From positions 1,116,001-1,180,000 of the forward strand of contig NEEC01000011.1 of the NCBI GenBank assembly GCA_002189035.1: a stretch of 64,000 nucleotides of DNA, in the 5' to 3' direction. Shown here one piece after another: positions 13,757-27,135 of this stretch; positions within the stretch are counted from its first letter, which is position 1; each line of letters starts with the position of its first letter. The notes under the pieces were generated by a model. That model was given only the letters and a program-made list of their open reading frames with translations, was not told the DNA's origin and searched no databases. This DNA is from Utricularia gibba. Lineage: Eukaryota; Plantae; Magnoliophyta. The translations under genes were made by a program, and so were the position numbers.

Positions 13757-15600
13757 TTAACCAAGTTGCAAGCAAGTTGGAACTTGCTTGTAAAAATGAA
13801 AACGCACATCTATATACTTGCTTCTTCCATGTAGCACAACAATCTTGGAAATCTTTATGCTTAGAGAATTTGGTTGATGTGTTTCAAGTATCATCATTAT
13901 TCTGGTGCTCCAAATTCTTCTTCGGATGTTGAAAGAGCTCCACAATACTGCCCTTGATCCTATCATAAATGCATACCCACATGTGCTTTTCCTGTCATCT
14001 ATATCCCTAGCATTATCACTATTGATGAAGGCTTCAAGGTTTGGATCAATCTCAAAGTCGTGAGCTGCTTGATAAAAGATGCACTTACTATCACAATATA
14101 CCTGTCCATCCTTTATGAACATGGTGTCCTCATCTTCATGTTTCTAAAATCCATTGTTGAAAAAATATACTTTAAGTTTGTTGGACCAGCTCTTGGCGCT
14201 TACTTAAGACGGTATAAAGCTTTGTTCAATTTACAGACCCGAAGTACTTCCATCTAAAAAACCCACTAACATTGTTCCTGATAAACGAAAAATTGTGCAA
14301 TGTCGTTAAATGCAAATTTTCCTATCAAACCTAACCCACATTCAAGCATAAAACAATTATGAGCATAGTGATTAGGGTCAAACACGAAGAGCAGGTGCTT
14401 GTCAAGTGATTAGCCAAAACATGAAATCAGTGTCACGTTGGTAAATTGATCTTAGCTAGGACTAAGACAGAATTAAAACGAAATATAATAAAGAAAATTA
14501 ATAAGTTCTGGAACTCGGTTGTTTCTGGAATGAAATGGATGATGCCTTGGGACTCCTAGGGGATGTATGTCTATCACTAAACAAGCTCACGTAAATCAAA
14601 AATCATACAACTAACTCACAAGATCTAGGTCTACCCGGATTTTTGTTTTTCTCCCTAATCTTTGGTCTACCTCTAATTAGGGTTGTTAGTTGGATTTCAC
14701 TACCAACCCTTCCTGGATCTATCTTGGTTTGCTAAGAAAGTAGTGTGACTTATGATTTATTAGGTCTAAGGATGGATTAGCATATTTCTCCCCTCTTCAC
14801 CCCAAGGCACCCCCCTCTAAGTGCTTAACTATTCATGACAATGGAAAATAAAACATCTTCATAGCAGATACTAAGCAACATCCTGGCTACAAATGCTTAA
14901 CAACGATGAGCAATATAAAGCAAAAGTTGGAAAGACACTTTGTTCACACAGAAAATCCAAATCTAATCTTAGCTAAGAACAATAAACATCAAGAACTAAA
15001 TTAAATCTTCAAAGAGAAGCTGTGTTCTTCGGGTTCATCGCTTCCTTTCCTCTTCTATCCCAGAAAAAAATATCTCCATAAACTTGCTCGTGAGTCTCCA
15101 AGGAGAGATCTGTCTTCTCTCTCCAACTTTCCCTCCTTTTGTTCAAAATCTCCCTTTTTCGCTCCTTGGATTTTGTGTGTACCAATTTGCAGACTTTTGG
15201 ACTCATCTTTTGCCACTATACTGTGCATATTCGGCTCCTTGGGATTTGTGTTGTGACCTACAATGCATTACTCAAATAAAACTATTAGAAGGTTGGGACT
15301 AAATCGCAATTTAGTCTCAACTAAGACTAAATTGACACTACTACGGTACTTATGTGCAAAAATATAAAACTAGGCAATAAAGCATAATTTTGTAGCACAA
15401 CATGAGTAAATTTCATGCATTGAGTCACTCAAAAATATGTGTTATCAGTTCCACATGTACATTTTCATTCAAGTGAGCATGTAGGGAAGTAGATTTCACA
15501 TCCAATTGACAAAGAACTCAATGACTATATACATTTGGAGTTATAATCATATGAGCTATATCCAAATAATCTACAGGTACAAAAATCTCATTAAAGCCAA
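13757..15600 (-). mobile_element. Ty1/copia RT-RNase H remnant interrupted by a solo LTR
   Basis: Minus strand reads QLDVKSTSLHAHLNENVHV|EQ across the insertion, then SDNARDIDDRKSTCGYAFMIGSRAVLWSS and HGRSKYIDVRFHF. Confidence 0.85.
14279..15447. mobile_element. Solo LTR (1169 bp) with target-site duplication
   Basis: Termini TGATAA...TTATCA and a perfect 5-bp TSD GTTCC at 14274-14278 and 15448-15452. Confidence 0.9.
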
Positions 15601-15644
15601 TACTTGGCTAGTGAACATAACTTTATGGGAGAAGAAGAACAATG

Positions 15645-16040
15645 TGTAGAATTAAAGAGAGTTTTCTTGTTGTTTCTCATTTCATGCAGAGCTTTGAAAA
15701 ACTAAACAGAATATACATTTTATTGAAGATTGCATTAGAAAGCAAATCTTGATCCAAATGAATGGCTTTCAAGAGAGTCACATCTAGAGTGAAGGGATGA
15801 AGGACTACACATGGAAATCTCTCTCTTACATTCTATTAGAATCATTGCTTTAGTTTATCTCCATGAACTTGGATTTACATAAAATATCTCTGCATTTAAT
15901 AAAAAGATTATTGTGGGTAAAATCATTCAACTAGCTTTTTCAAGTTTTTATCTTGGAAATTGATTGTGTGTTTTAAAGTTTTTATAGAGCTATTCGAATA
16001 TTCCAAACATAAGTTTTTCTATCAACACTCCTCTTGTGAA
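15645..16040 (-). mobile_element. Putative copia 3' LTR with polypurine tract
   Basis: Minus strand CACAAGAGGAG is followed by TGTTGATAG at 16027. The candidate end ...TTCTACA is at 15645. Confidence 0.4.
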
Positions 16041-18788
16041 TTGATATAATTCTTGTGGGGATTCTAAGAAAAACAAAATACACTGGAAGCAAAAGCACCT
16101 TTTTTCATTCAGCTCCCTGCACTTATAAGTGTTCATTCCAAATACGCAAACAAAAGATAACATAAAAAATACAAATAAACTATTAAAATAAAATATTAGT
16201 TGTTGGAATGAGTCTTTTACTTGTGTGTATTTTGGTCTCCTTTCTTCAACTTCGAAACCCATGACTTACTTTACACACAAGATGTTTATTCTGAAGATGT
16301 AACACTTCTGGAGGAATCATGTGAACTTCTTCTTCTATTAGTCCATATAGATATGCATTGTTAATATCCAAATGATAGATATTCCATCTTTTAGCCACTG
16401 TCAAAGCTAAAAGCAACCGAGTAGTAACAAACTTAGCAATTGGAGAGAAACTTTCAATATAATCTTTACCTTCTATTTGATTAAACTACTGAGTAATAAG
16501 TCCCGTCTTGCATCTATTCAAACTTCCATCTGAATTTAATTTATTAGTGTAGAGCCACTTGTTGCCTATAGCTTTCTTTCTTGTAGGTAATAGTACTAAA
16601 TCTCAAGTATCATTAGAATACATAGCAGATAGCTCCAACTCCATGGGTGTAACCCTCTATGACTTCTCAATACCTAGAAGACATTATCAGATGCTAACAA
16701 ACTCATATATGCACACTTAGTTAACAAAATTTTGGGTGGATCAGATAATAGGATGTAATCCTCTTGCCATTTTGAAGGAACAATGGTATGACTACTCCTC
16801 CTAGGTGGTACAATTTCAGCAGAAAAATGTGAAGATAGTGAGGATGTATTCATTCGATTTTCTCATGTATTCGACATTAAGGCATCTAGTGTAGTAGGAT
16901 GCAATCCTGGGCTAGATATATCCCCTATTATTTCTGGTAACATGACTATACAAGGATCATTCAACTATTCCATAGAATTAAGATTACTCTCAAGACTTTA
17001 TCATTGAGAGTTTAGAGGGGTGTTTTAAAGGCTTCCATAGGAACTGTAAATAAAGGAATTCGAGCAAGTTCTCTAACAGGTTGAGGAAACTCAGCATATG
17101 GAAAAGTTGCTTCAAGGAAAACTACATCCCTTGAGATAAAAAGTTTGTTCTTTTCCATATTGAAAATCTTTTACTTTTTATGAGTTTGTGAATACTCGAG
17201 AAATATCCCATGGATGGACTCCATCTCAAACTGTGATTTATGTGGAGACATGTTGGTTGCATAAACAAGGCATCCAAAAATTTTGAGCCAACCATATTCT
17301 TGTTCTTTTCCATAGAGTTTTGAATATGGTGTCTCCCATTTTAAACCGAAAATGATATTCGATTTATGAGATAAGTAAAGCAAAAATACTTTCACCCAAA
17401 AAATGATAGATAAAGAGGCATGCAATAGCAAGGTAAGAGCAATTTCAAGTAAATGACGGTATTTCCTTACTACCACTCCATTTTGTTGTGCAGTATGGAT
17501 ACGCGATGTATGATGAATAATGTTAAGATCTCAGATCAGGTTTTGAGTATCTTGACCAAGAAATTCAGATTCATTAAGTGATTTCATAATCTTTACTTTC
17601 AAAGAAAACTATGTGTTGACGTGAGGCAAGAACGCTTTTAGGAATATACATGTTCAACTTTTATGCCTCATTTGTTAGGTTTCTCATAGACATCGCATGT
17701 CACAATAGCAGCGGAATTTAAAACTTTTTTGAGAAACCCAAATCACGGTTCTTGGAATACGGTATACATCACATAAAGCAATTCTAAAAATATCTTTCAG
17801 TAGATTCCGTTGTTCACCAACTACCATTAGTAGACGACCTCTATGGTATCCACACATAAAGTACATCTCAAGACCACAGAATGATGGTCTATCTCCTTAG
17901 ATACTAGTAAAAAAAGTCGTCTTTTGCAAATAAATCTCAAAGAGTGAAGATAGAAAAATCTTTGCAGATCAAATCTTTCTTTATATAGATATTTGGTAGC
18001 ATATTTAATTAAATCTCCGTAAAGATCGTATCTCATGAAAATATAATAAATATATAAAAGTCTTATTCATATAAGATCTTTTATTTCGAGTTTAATTAAT
18101 ATTAATCTCAAAATAAATATCTATTTAATTTATACACTTTACCAATTACATCTTATGTAATTGTATCATTCTATTTTATATTGATGAATGTCTTCACTAT
18201 TGTGTACGATTCTATAGGTTTCTTCAATCAAGACTATAAAAATGACTTTTTTAATGAATTCTTAATTAATTAAATCCATTATTATTAATCATGAATGATG
18301 TCTAACAATATATTATGATTCCCAAGGTATAAGAATAATCAGGTGAATTGATTGAGATTTTCTATGACTAGCCACCATGTAATGAACAGCTTTCATCATA
18401 CTTATATCTCATTAAAACATGAGTGTGTGTCTTTCTGATGTATCGAACTTATAATTGCATTTAATCGTTAACATTCAATGACCTACTCAAACTCTTTGAG
18501 TGTCATTATCTTGGATCCAAGATTTACTATGATCTCATAACTAATATGAGTAATGAATCATTTATTGATCAATCAATTATCTCCAACCTTAAGGAAATGC
18601 ATCCCTTTTCATCTATATTAGATTAACTTATGGTTAGACTCCCATTAGTAATGGATGAAAATGCAAGCTTAAGATCAAGATAATTTTGTTGACCTCAAGT
18701 CTAAGTTTATTTGCATGGCTATCATATTCGAGACCTTACTATTAATACTTGATTAACTTCCCATAGTAGCATCTCAAAGATGAGTGAT

Positions 18789-20919
18789 TGATAACATTAT
18801 TTTTGTTGTGTTTTTGTATATGTTTTTAGGTGCGTTTAATAAGATTAAATGTTGTTTAGTGTGCTAAATTATCTCATTTTGTGTATTTAGTTTACTGAAA
18901 TGTGTTTATTGTGAAAACAGGCTCTATTGACAACAATTGAGCCAAAAACTCTCATTTTTTTTCTCTAGTCTATGTTTAAGTTTTAACAGAGTAAGAGCTA
19001 ATTGATAAAAGAAAAATATTGCACGTCGTTAAAATGCAAATTTCTCTTATCAAATAAAATTTATAAACCTAATTAACATCAAATCATATGAAAAATATGA
19101 GCATAGTGGACTAAGTCGAACACAAAGAGCTAGGTGCTTGCTATGTGAAAGTCAATGCATGCAATCAGTATCACGTGGATAGATTTGGTTTTAACTAGGA
19201 CTAAGGCAGAATTGCGATAAAATACAGTAAAGACAAGTAACAAACTTCTGAACTTGATTTTTTCTAAGATGAAATAGGTGATGCCTTGAGACTTCTAAGG
19301 GATCTATGCTTATCACTAAAGATGCTCACACAAATAATAAATCAAATAACTAACAAACAAAGTCTAGATTTACATAGACTCTTGTTTTCCCCGTAATCTT
19401 TGGTCTACCTCTAATTAAGATTGTTAAGATAGGTTTCACTACTTTCCCTTCTTGAATCTATCCTGTTTGTTAAGGAAGTGGCGTGATTTATGATTGATTA
19501 GGACTAAAGATTGATTAGCACTCTAATTAAGGTTGATAAGAAAAGCATCTTCATAACACATCCTAAGCAATATTCTGTTCTTAAGGTTCAACAACAATGT
19601 AAAATGCATAAAAGTGCATAAACAGTAAATTGTTCACGTAGGGAAAACTAAAACTAATTTCTGTTAGGAATAGTGTTTATCAAGAACGAAAGAAAATTTT
19701 CAAAGGGAAACTTGTTCTTATTGGTCATCATCCCCCTTCTTCTTCCCCCCAGAAATCTTCTTCGAAAAGAGTGTGTCATGCATCCCAATAAGAGAGATAT
19801 CTTCTCTCTCCATCTTGTCTCATTTTTTGTCCAAAATCCTTATTTTTCCTTCCTTTGGATTTTGTGTCCTTTTTTTCAGACTTTTGCCTCATCCTTTGCC
19901 ACTTCACTATTCATATCCGACTTCTTGGGATTCGGGTTGCTGATATGCATTGCATTGCTAAAAAAAAACTATTAAAAGTCAGGTTAGGACTAAATCTACG
20001 ATTTAGTCTCAACGAGGAATACAAAACACAACTACAATACTATTCGCAAAGACATAGAAATAGACAATAAAGTTTAATTTTTGTAGCATAATATGAGTCA
20101 TTTCCCTATACTCAATCACTCAAAAATATTTGTTATCCATTATGCTACAACGATACTAGATATGTCCTTAAGTCCACTACGGTGGTTCTCCGGCGAACTT
20201 TAGATCTACATTTCTACACCAGATTTCCACCAAAAACTTTCATTTTCAGCATATCTATGACCGAGAGCAACCGCTGGACATTTTATTTCTATTTTCTGCA
20301 CTTTCATTCATGTTGTTGAATTTGCTATTGATATTATCTGTGTTTTCATGCTTTCTGTTACGTTTTTGATGCCTTGTTGCAAACAAGAAACCTCTTGTGA
20401 ACTCTATCTTAGCTTATGAACATTTTCTTGTTTAAGTTCTTCGTGTTTGATTTTAGTTTATTTACTATCTTAGCCATGTTATTTATTGTTTCCATGACCC
20501 TCTGCCCTGTTTTTAAGCATGTTAAAATTGAGTTTAAGCTCATGGATTCTCTTAAGTAACACAAGAGTTAGACCCTAGTGTAAAACCCATCCAAGACACC
20601 TTCACTTTATATTTTCTACACATCCCTGTTATTTTATGTGCTTCCTCACTCTTGCAGCTTGCTCATTTCAATTGTTGTTAATTTATAACTTACGCGCATG
20701 ATAGCTAAACCCCCAAAAAACCCCCATGCTTTAAGTGAATGTAAAGGACTTCAGGAAATTGCAACTATTTCCTATGGATTTGACCCTTGCTTGTCACACT
20801 ACATTAATTCATGTGATTTATATAGTAGAATAGCTAGGTTTATAAATATCTTTTGATGCGTTGAATATGCTAGACCGCAATATTTAGCAAACAAATTTAA
20901 ACGTTTCATTAGTCATCCA
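18789..20919. mobile_element. Gypsy (Athila-like) LTR nested in the 17673-21254 solo LTR
   Basis: Begins TGATAAC and has LTR-like composition. Candidate TSD GTGAT/GTGAA (4 of 5 match); the right end is uncertain. Confidence 0.5.
19003..20138. mobile_element. Second, older copy of the 14279-15447 LTR family
   Basis: Colinear similarity over the whole length (start TGATAAAAGAAAAATATTGCACGTCGTTAAAATGC, end CACTCAAAAATATTTGTTATC). No clean TSD. Confidence 0.75.
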
Positions 20920-23278
20920 GTGAATCGATTCTCTAATTGATACCCACACATTGATTCTCTAAATCTCATTACATTAATTGTGAGAATTATTGTCTAAATG
21001 ATTTAAGGAACTCAATATATGCCAGCTTATCCATATTTATGATATTCACATTTCACAAATAATTTAGCTAGGGAATTTTAACTTGAACATAAATGTTTGA
21101 AGAATCTTACATTATGATCTCATTATAATTTCTACAACATATAGATCAAGTAGAGAATTTTATCAATAATATAAATTTGATCACAATTCAAAATAAACAT
21201 CAAAGGGTAAGATTTTCCAATAAATTGATTGTCTTTAGAACACATACACTAACATCATTAAAAAGGTTCACGTACCCCTTGTGTGATCATCTACTATAGT
21301 CAAGACATAAGGTGCTTGTTGTAATGATGGTTGCTTGTAGGGATTCCAAATATCAATATGTATAACCCAAAATGGTTTTCATGTTGTTGTAAAATGCAAA
21401 GGAAAAGGAATTCTTGTTCGCTTTCCAAAATGACAAGCATGACACTATAACAATTCAGAACTTGTTTTCAAGTTTGGATACAATTTTTTGATCACATGAA
21501 ATGAAGGGTGGCCTAATCTAACATGAACTAGAGCAAAATGATCATCAACTTAACTGAGATCAGAGTGCATAACTTGACAACATTTAGACAAAACAACTAA
21601 ATGTTGGGATAGATCAAAAGAGTTGGCATCTAGTAGGTAGAGACCATTTTTAACTGGAGCAACAACAATTATTTTGAAGGTTTTAACGTCCTAAAACATA
21701 TAGTGGGTAGCCAAGAATAAGCATGATATTCCAATTGAATTTGCTAAAGATTTTACAGAACGTAGATTGAATTTCAAAAGTGAAGCTAACACACATTGAA
21801 AAGAATAACGTCTGATGATAGATTGACAGTTCTAGTATGATTACTAAGGAAGATGGATCTATTAGCTAAACAAATAGGATGTGGGGAGGATAATGGTTGT
21901 GTTTGGCTAAAAAGTTGAGTATACATACACATATATCTACTAGCACTTGAATCTACAAACCATGTTCCAAAGTCACTATTAGAAGTAAGTAATGAAGTCA
22001 TACCTTCAAAATCTTCTCGTCCCAGATCTAGATTTGTTCCACTTGAAGTAATTTGCATTTTCAAGTGTCTCCACTCTTGCTGCAATGCTTGTATTGAACT
22101 CTCACTAGTCATGGAACTTGTACTTGATTCTTAATCTTTAGTTTGAGCTTTATTTACAAAACTCATACCTTTATATTTTTCATTCTTGTTCCTTTTTTGT
22201 TTCCACGAATCTGAATATCCATGTATCTGGAAGCAGTTATCAATTGTGTGCCTTGCCTTTTGGCATTTGTTACACCATTTTTCTGCAACTCGCCCCTCTT
22301 TCCAAATTGCTTTCCCTTTGCCTCCTTTTCTATTCTGTGTATTTTTCATAACAGCTAGAGCTATATTATGCCCCATATCCCTAATGGATATTTGAACTTT
22401 CCTTTATTGTTTGACCTTCATGACCATCCCATAAACCTGTTCAATGCTGGCATAGACTTCAATAATAGTATTTGGTTTCTTATTGCATCCTAAGGATCTA
22501 CTAATCCCATTAGATGATGCACTTTGATGGATTCCTCTCTGTCCCTCAATAATTTCATTACCTCACAAGTGCACATATGTGCCAATGCACAAGTGCAAGA
22601 TGATAGCGGCAATATTTTGTCCATGTCTTCCCACAAATAAGTTAACTTACTATAGTAAGTACTAAGCTCCATATCCCCTTGAGTCAAGGTACAAGCTTCT
22701 CTTTTGAGCTTGGAGTATAATGGCTCATTTGCTTCTTCATACATTTTCTCTAGATTCTTCCATAGTCTTCTTACATTTGAAGCATATAAGAAATTTTTTA
22801 AGATGCTTGGATGTATAGAGAGAGTTCAAGATCCAAGCTCTAACTATAAAGTCTGTACAGCTCCATAGCATACTCTTTATCCCCCCATGATAGGTTTCTT
22901 AATATCCCCATTTATGAAACCCAGCTTCATCCTTGATTGCAATGGCATTCTCATAGAGTAAGACCAGGTTCTATAGTTGTTTCCATCAAGCATTTTTGGA
23001 ACTAGAACTAACCCTATATGGTTTACTATCGTGAGTTTCATCGGCTCAAGCACAAACTTGTTTCTCAATTCTTCTGCTTCCTTGTGTTGTGCTAACCCTT
23101 CACCCAAATTATTGGTTTTGCATAACTCATGATTTTCATGGATTGTTGACTCTAATATGATGTAAGAAAAATAGAATACACTAGAAGCAAAAGCCCCTTC
23201 TTTCATTTAGTTCCCCACACTTATACATGTTCATTCTAAATATGATAACAAAAGATAACATAAAAAATATAAATAAAT

Positions 23279-24842
23279 TGATGCGTGTCATTTCCACAAA
23301 ATTTTTAGAATTCATAAAACACAAAATGCGTAGTACAGGTGTTGAAAACAGGAAGTTGTTTTTTCAGTGAAAGGTGAGGTTACACCGAATACAACTGTCA
23401 CGATTTATAAACGATTTTGTTAAAGTAAAAGGTGGAAGAAACGTAAATGATAAAGCTTGAGTAAGGGAGTAAAAGGATTGTCAATAAACAATAGAAATAA
23501 ACGTAAGTAACGAACCTTAAATAAAGAGAATATTCCTGGGTTTGGAATCCTACCCAACCATATTCGTCACGTCTCCACTCTTTTCTAATCTTCTTGAGTA
23601 TTTGGTTATAAGAATAAGGAATTGCTTATCTTTCCTTACACTCTCTTGCAAGAAGGCACGAGAATAACCCGATGTTGCTCCTCCTTGGATGAACGTGAAG
23701 ATAAGAGGTCCTGTCAATGTACTCTCACGGTCAAATCGTGCGCATGTGCCCCAATGTTGCCAATGACCCAATGAGTCCAGATATGAGGTCACTATCTATC
23801 CATTGATCCTGAGGTACGACCATAGACAAAACATTGTCTTCCTCTTGCTAAAAGGACATGAGTTGGTGCTTTCCACCTTACTCCTCTTCCAAAATCACAG
23901 TTATTGATCATCTAGCCATGAATCTTAAATAAGGAGAATGTTATAAAAAGATTGTAATATAGTTGTGCGAAGACATATGGAACCCATTCAGATTCAAAAA
24001 AGAAATGAAGATCAACTAATGAAACATAGATCTAGGAGTCTCCCAATCTATAATCGGAAGTTTTTAGCCCCAAACAACCATACAAGCTAAGGAAATGAAA
24101 ACAAGCTAAGGAAAGGAAAAATTCTCTAGAGAGATAAACAAAAGTTTAAACTAAACTAGGAAAGTGAATGCTCGACCGTCCAAACTGAACTAAACTGAGC
24201 TACTTTGTCTAAGTTTTCGTGTTCTTCTGGTTTTACTGGACTAGAGTGACTTGCAAGAAAACGCCTGCTATGACATTGGTACGCTAAGAGCATCTTTTCT
24301 TATTTCCAGAAATGCTAATAAGATAAATGTTTCGGAAACGAGTAAATTTGTTTTTTATTTTTTCTGAAACGGAAATGAGGAAACCCGATTTCCTTTCGGA
24401 AATGGTTTAAAATATAGTTTATAATATTTATATTAATATTATTTCAATATTATGATTTTTGAAAATGTATACAAACGTAACGGAAACTTAATAAAAGAAA
24501 CTTAATAATTCAATTCTTGGAAATGAAATGTCAGCATTTCCGAAAACGAATAAAATGCTCTAATTAATTCATCTATCAGAAACTCTCGTATATCGCGTCA
24601 AGGCTCATGATTAGGCGTCTATAGTCTTTTGGAAATCAAGGAGATGTTAGTTCGGGAAGATCCATTTTGTCGCCATCCGTTGCCTTCTCTCTCTCACTTC
24701 CACATGTTCGTCTCTAGAAGAACTTAAATAAAACTAACAAAAATATTAGATAAAAAATTTAGGATAATTATCCTAATATAGAGAAAAAGCTAAATCTTAT
24801 ATTATGGACTCCTAACTAAATAACTTTAATCATATTTAGACA
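23279..24842. mobile_element. LTR-like insertion splitting the copia 5' LTR
   Basis: TG...CA ends and candidate TSD TAAAT/TAAAA. The flanks rejoin to match the uninterrupted LTR at 16063-16275. Confidence 0.65.
24288..24560. mobile_element. Tourist MITE (273 bp)
   Basis: Imperfect ~28-bp TIRs (GAGCATCTTTTCTTATTTCCAGAAATGCT versus the reverse complement of the right end, GAGCATTTTATTCGTTTTCGGAAATGCT) and TAA TSD on both sides. Confidence 0.85.
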
Positions 24843-26399
24843 TAAAACAACTTAAAATAAAAATTAGTTGTTGGAATTAGTCTTTTCCTTATCTATGTTT
24901 TGATCTACTTTCTTCAACTTGGAAACACATGACTTACTTTTCAAAAGGAAAGTTTCACATGACTTATAAATTATTTAAAATTTATAAAAGTACTTTATGG
25001 TATTCATAAATAATTTTAAATTGTTTTTTAATATACTATAAATTGATTTTTGAAGTAGTATAAACTTATTTTCATTTTCAAACCAAATAAATCTATATAA
25101 TTACCAAAATGCGCATATTTATTACACTACTTTTAAATTCAAAAAATGGCTTTATATTTAGTTATCCTCTTCTCTCCATTCTCCGCTTTTGTCAATTTCG
25201 AGACGTGTGAACTAAGTGTTCACTATTTCACATATAAATCTTGATATATATTCATTGCTTCGTTTTTATTCTTTCTATGATTATTTTAATAATTTGAAAG
25301 AAAATTTTATTTTATTAGTTGTTGGAATTTTGTTATTCTTCTTAAAACCCATTATTCAATTTACGATGGGGGTTCCTATCATATCTTTTGTATCTAATGG
25401 GGTCAGATGTTTTTTTTTTTGACGAAAATTGCAATAGGTTATTTGTTGTTGATTTTTCATTTTGTATCTTCCTATTTTGGTCAATAAATTGAGAGAAAAC
25501 TGATTTAAATTCTTCATTACTCATTAACCATAATTGTTCCAATACACTGTGTCACTCCTTTGGCCCCATAAAGAGTGGGTTAATGTGTTTCAGACACCGC
25601 AAACCCAACTTTGTGGTGTTTGAAACACATGAAGTCTGCATATGGTGTCCAACTATGCTCTTAATGTAGACACCGTAATAGTACGATTGAAGTGTCTAAA
25701 TGATTAAACATAATAAAGATATAATAGATAATTTTTAATATTTATCTACACGTATCCATTTTTAAACATCTTTAACATATAAAGTTGCTAATCCTAAATA
25801 ATTATAACCTATTCACCAAACACATTATGTTGAATAAACCATCATTCATTAGATTAATTAAACCTTAACAATTTATACCCACCCAACAAACATGGCCTTA
25901 TAAGCTAATTATAAATAGAGAATGGTTTATCGGTATATATTTAAAAGTTAAGAAAAAGGAATATTTGATTTTTAACACTAAATACTATTTTACAGTTTTT
26001 TATTAAATAATAAAACATGTTTTTTTTGGTTTACACTCATCAACACATACTAGTCCTGAAATGGTTTAGACAAGTTTAGATATTTTTGTTCTATCAATGA
26101 TTTATACCATTTATGTTACAAAAAATTAAATATATATTTTAAAAAAATTAAAATGAAATGTAAATACCAAATTATATAAATACTTAAATTATTTTATGTC
26201 TTACATGAACATTGTCATTTCTGTTAATCAAATCTCAAAAGTATGTGCAATCATATCTAATCAAAAGAGCATATGAAGTGATTACAAAAATCCAAATGAA
26301 ATCCAACAAAGGCATACATAAAAGAAATTCATCACTTTTAGTCTAAAGAATAACATGTTTCATGTGTTAAGATTCTTGAATGATCTAACTCCATGAAAG

Positions 26400-27135
26400 C
26401 TTCATAATGCGTATCTTTTTTGAATGCTACAGAGGATGCAATGACTAAATTCAAGTCTTCTTTCACTTTTGGATGTTGTCTAATAATTTTCATGCAATCA
26501 AGTAAATAGCAGTGTTAGTAGATTGAAGAGCCATCTACTCCTTTGTTTCTTATTACTTATGAGAGGTTAGTAAATGGAATATCGAGCCAAATTTGACATC
26601 GACTTGGGTTCAGAGGGGAGGTTTTGCAGGATCCTCGTGCTTAGCATCATTTGTTGAGAGTAATGGAATTGAATTATAGGATTCTCCAAATATGTTATTT
26701 TCTTCTAAATTCATATATATTAATTCTTTTATGTTGGGATTCGGACTTGTGCTTATATGGAGGGTGTATCACTAGTAATTCTAAGATTTGTATTCATGAT
26801 TTTTGCAGTCTTGCATATCTAGTTTCCAAAGCAAAATGAATGATTTTATTTGGAAATTTAGGGAAGAAGATTTCATTTATGTAAAAACATTGCTGATTCT
26901 ATGAGGTTTTCTGCATAAAACCGTCTTCTACATAATGCCTGGGATAATCCAATGACGCAAATTATTAAGATATGTTAATGACACAAATTATCCGCTTGAC
27001 ATGCTTTTTTTGAATCTCTCATCTTTTAACAACCTTCAAATTATGTTTCTTTCCTCTTTGTTTAAAAATTTCATGGCCATAACTGTTTATTATATTTCAA
27101 AGAGGCATGAGGAGGAACTAGGTCAAGAGCCATGA
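26400..27135 (-). pseudogene. F-box/LRR-like family 1 copy 3, internally deleted
   Basis: 26570-26780 matches 280-490, then jumps to the 1710-1850-like segment, then to the 2200-2425-like segment. Flanks 25900-26400 and 27135-27560 match 40800-41300 and 44650-45150. Confidence 0.5.

Larger units (their letters stand above)
17673..21254. mobile_element. Solo LTR inserted in the copia integrase, itself carrying nested LTRs
   Basis: Termini TGTTAG...CTAACA and a perfect TSD TCATT at 17668-17672 and 21255-21259. Removing it rejoins the integrase motif T(W)TFLM|RHKS. Confidence 0.85.
16063..24943 (-). mobile_element. Ty1/copia element (short LTRs, Ale/Retrofit-like), degenerate, with nested insertions
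   Basis: Paired ~210-bp LTRs: 16063-16275 and 23161-24943 (split by an insertion), both starting TG(A/T)AAAGTAAGTCATG on the minus strand, with a degenerate PBS TCATATTAGAGT. Coding remnants are gag (LDGNNYRTWSYSM; YYSKLTYLWEDMD), a zinc knuckle (CNKCQKARHTIDNC), protease (WFVDSSAS), integrase (QQNGVVVRKYRHLLEIA) and the N-terminal half of RT. Confidence 0.85.
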
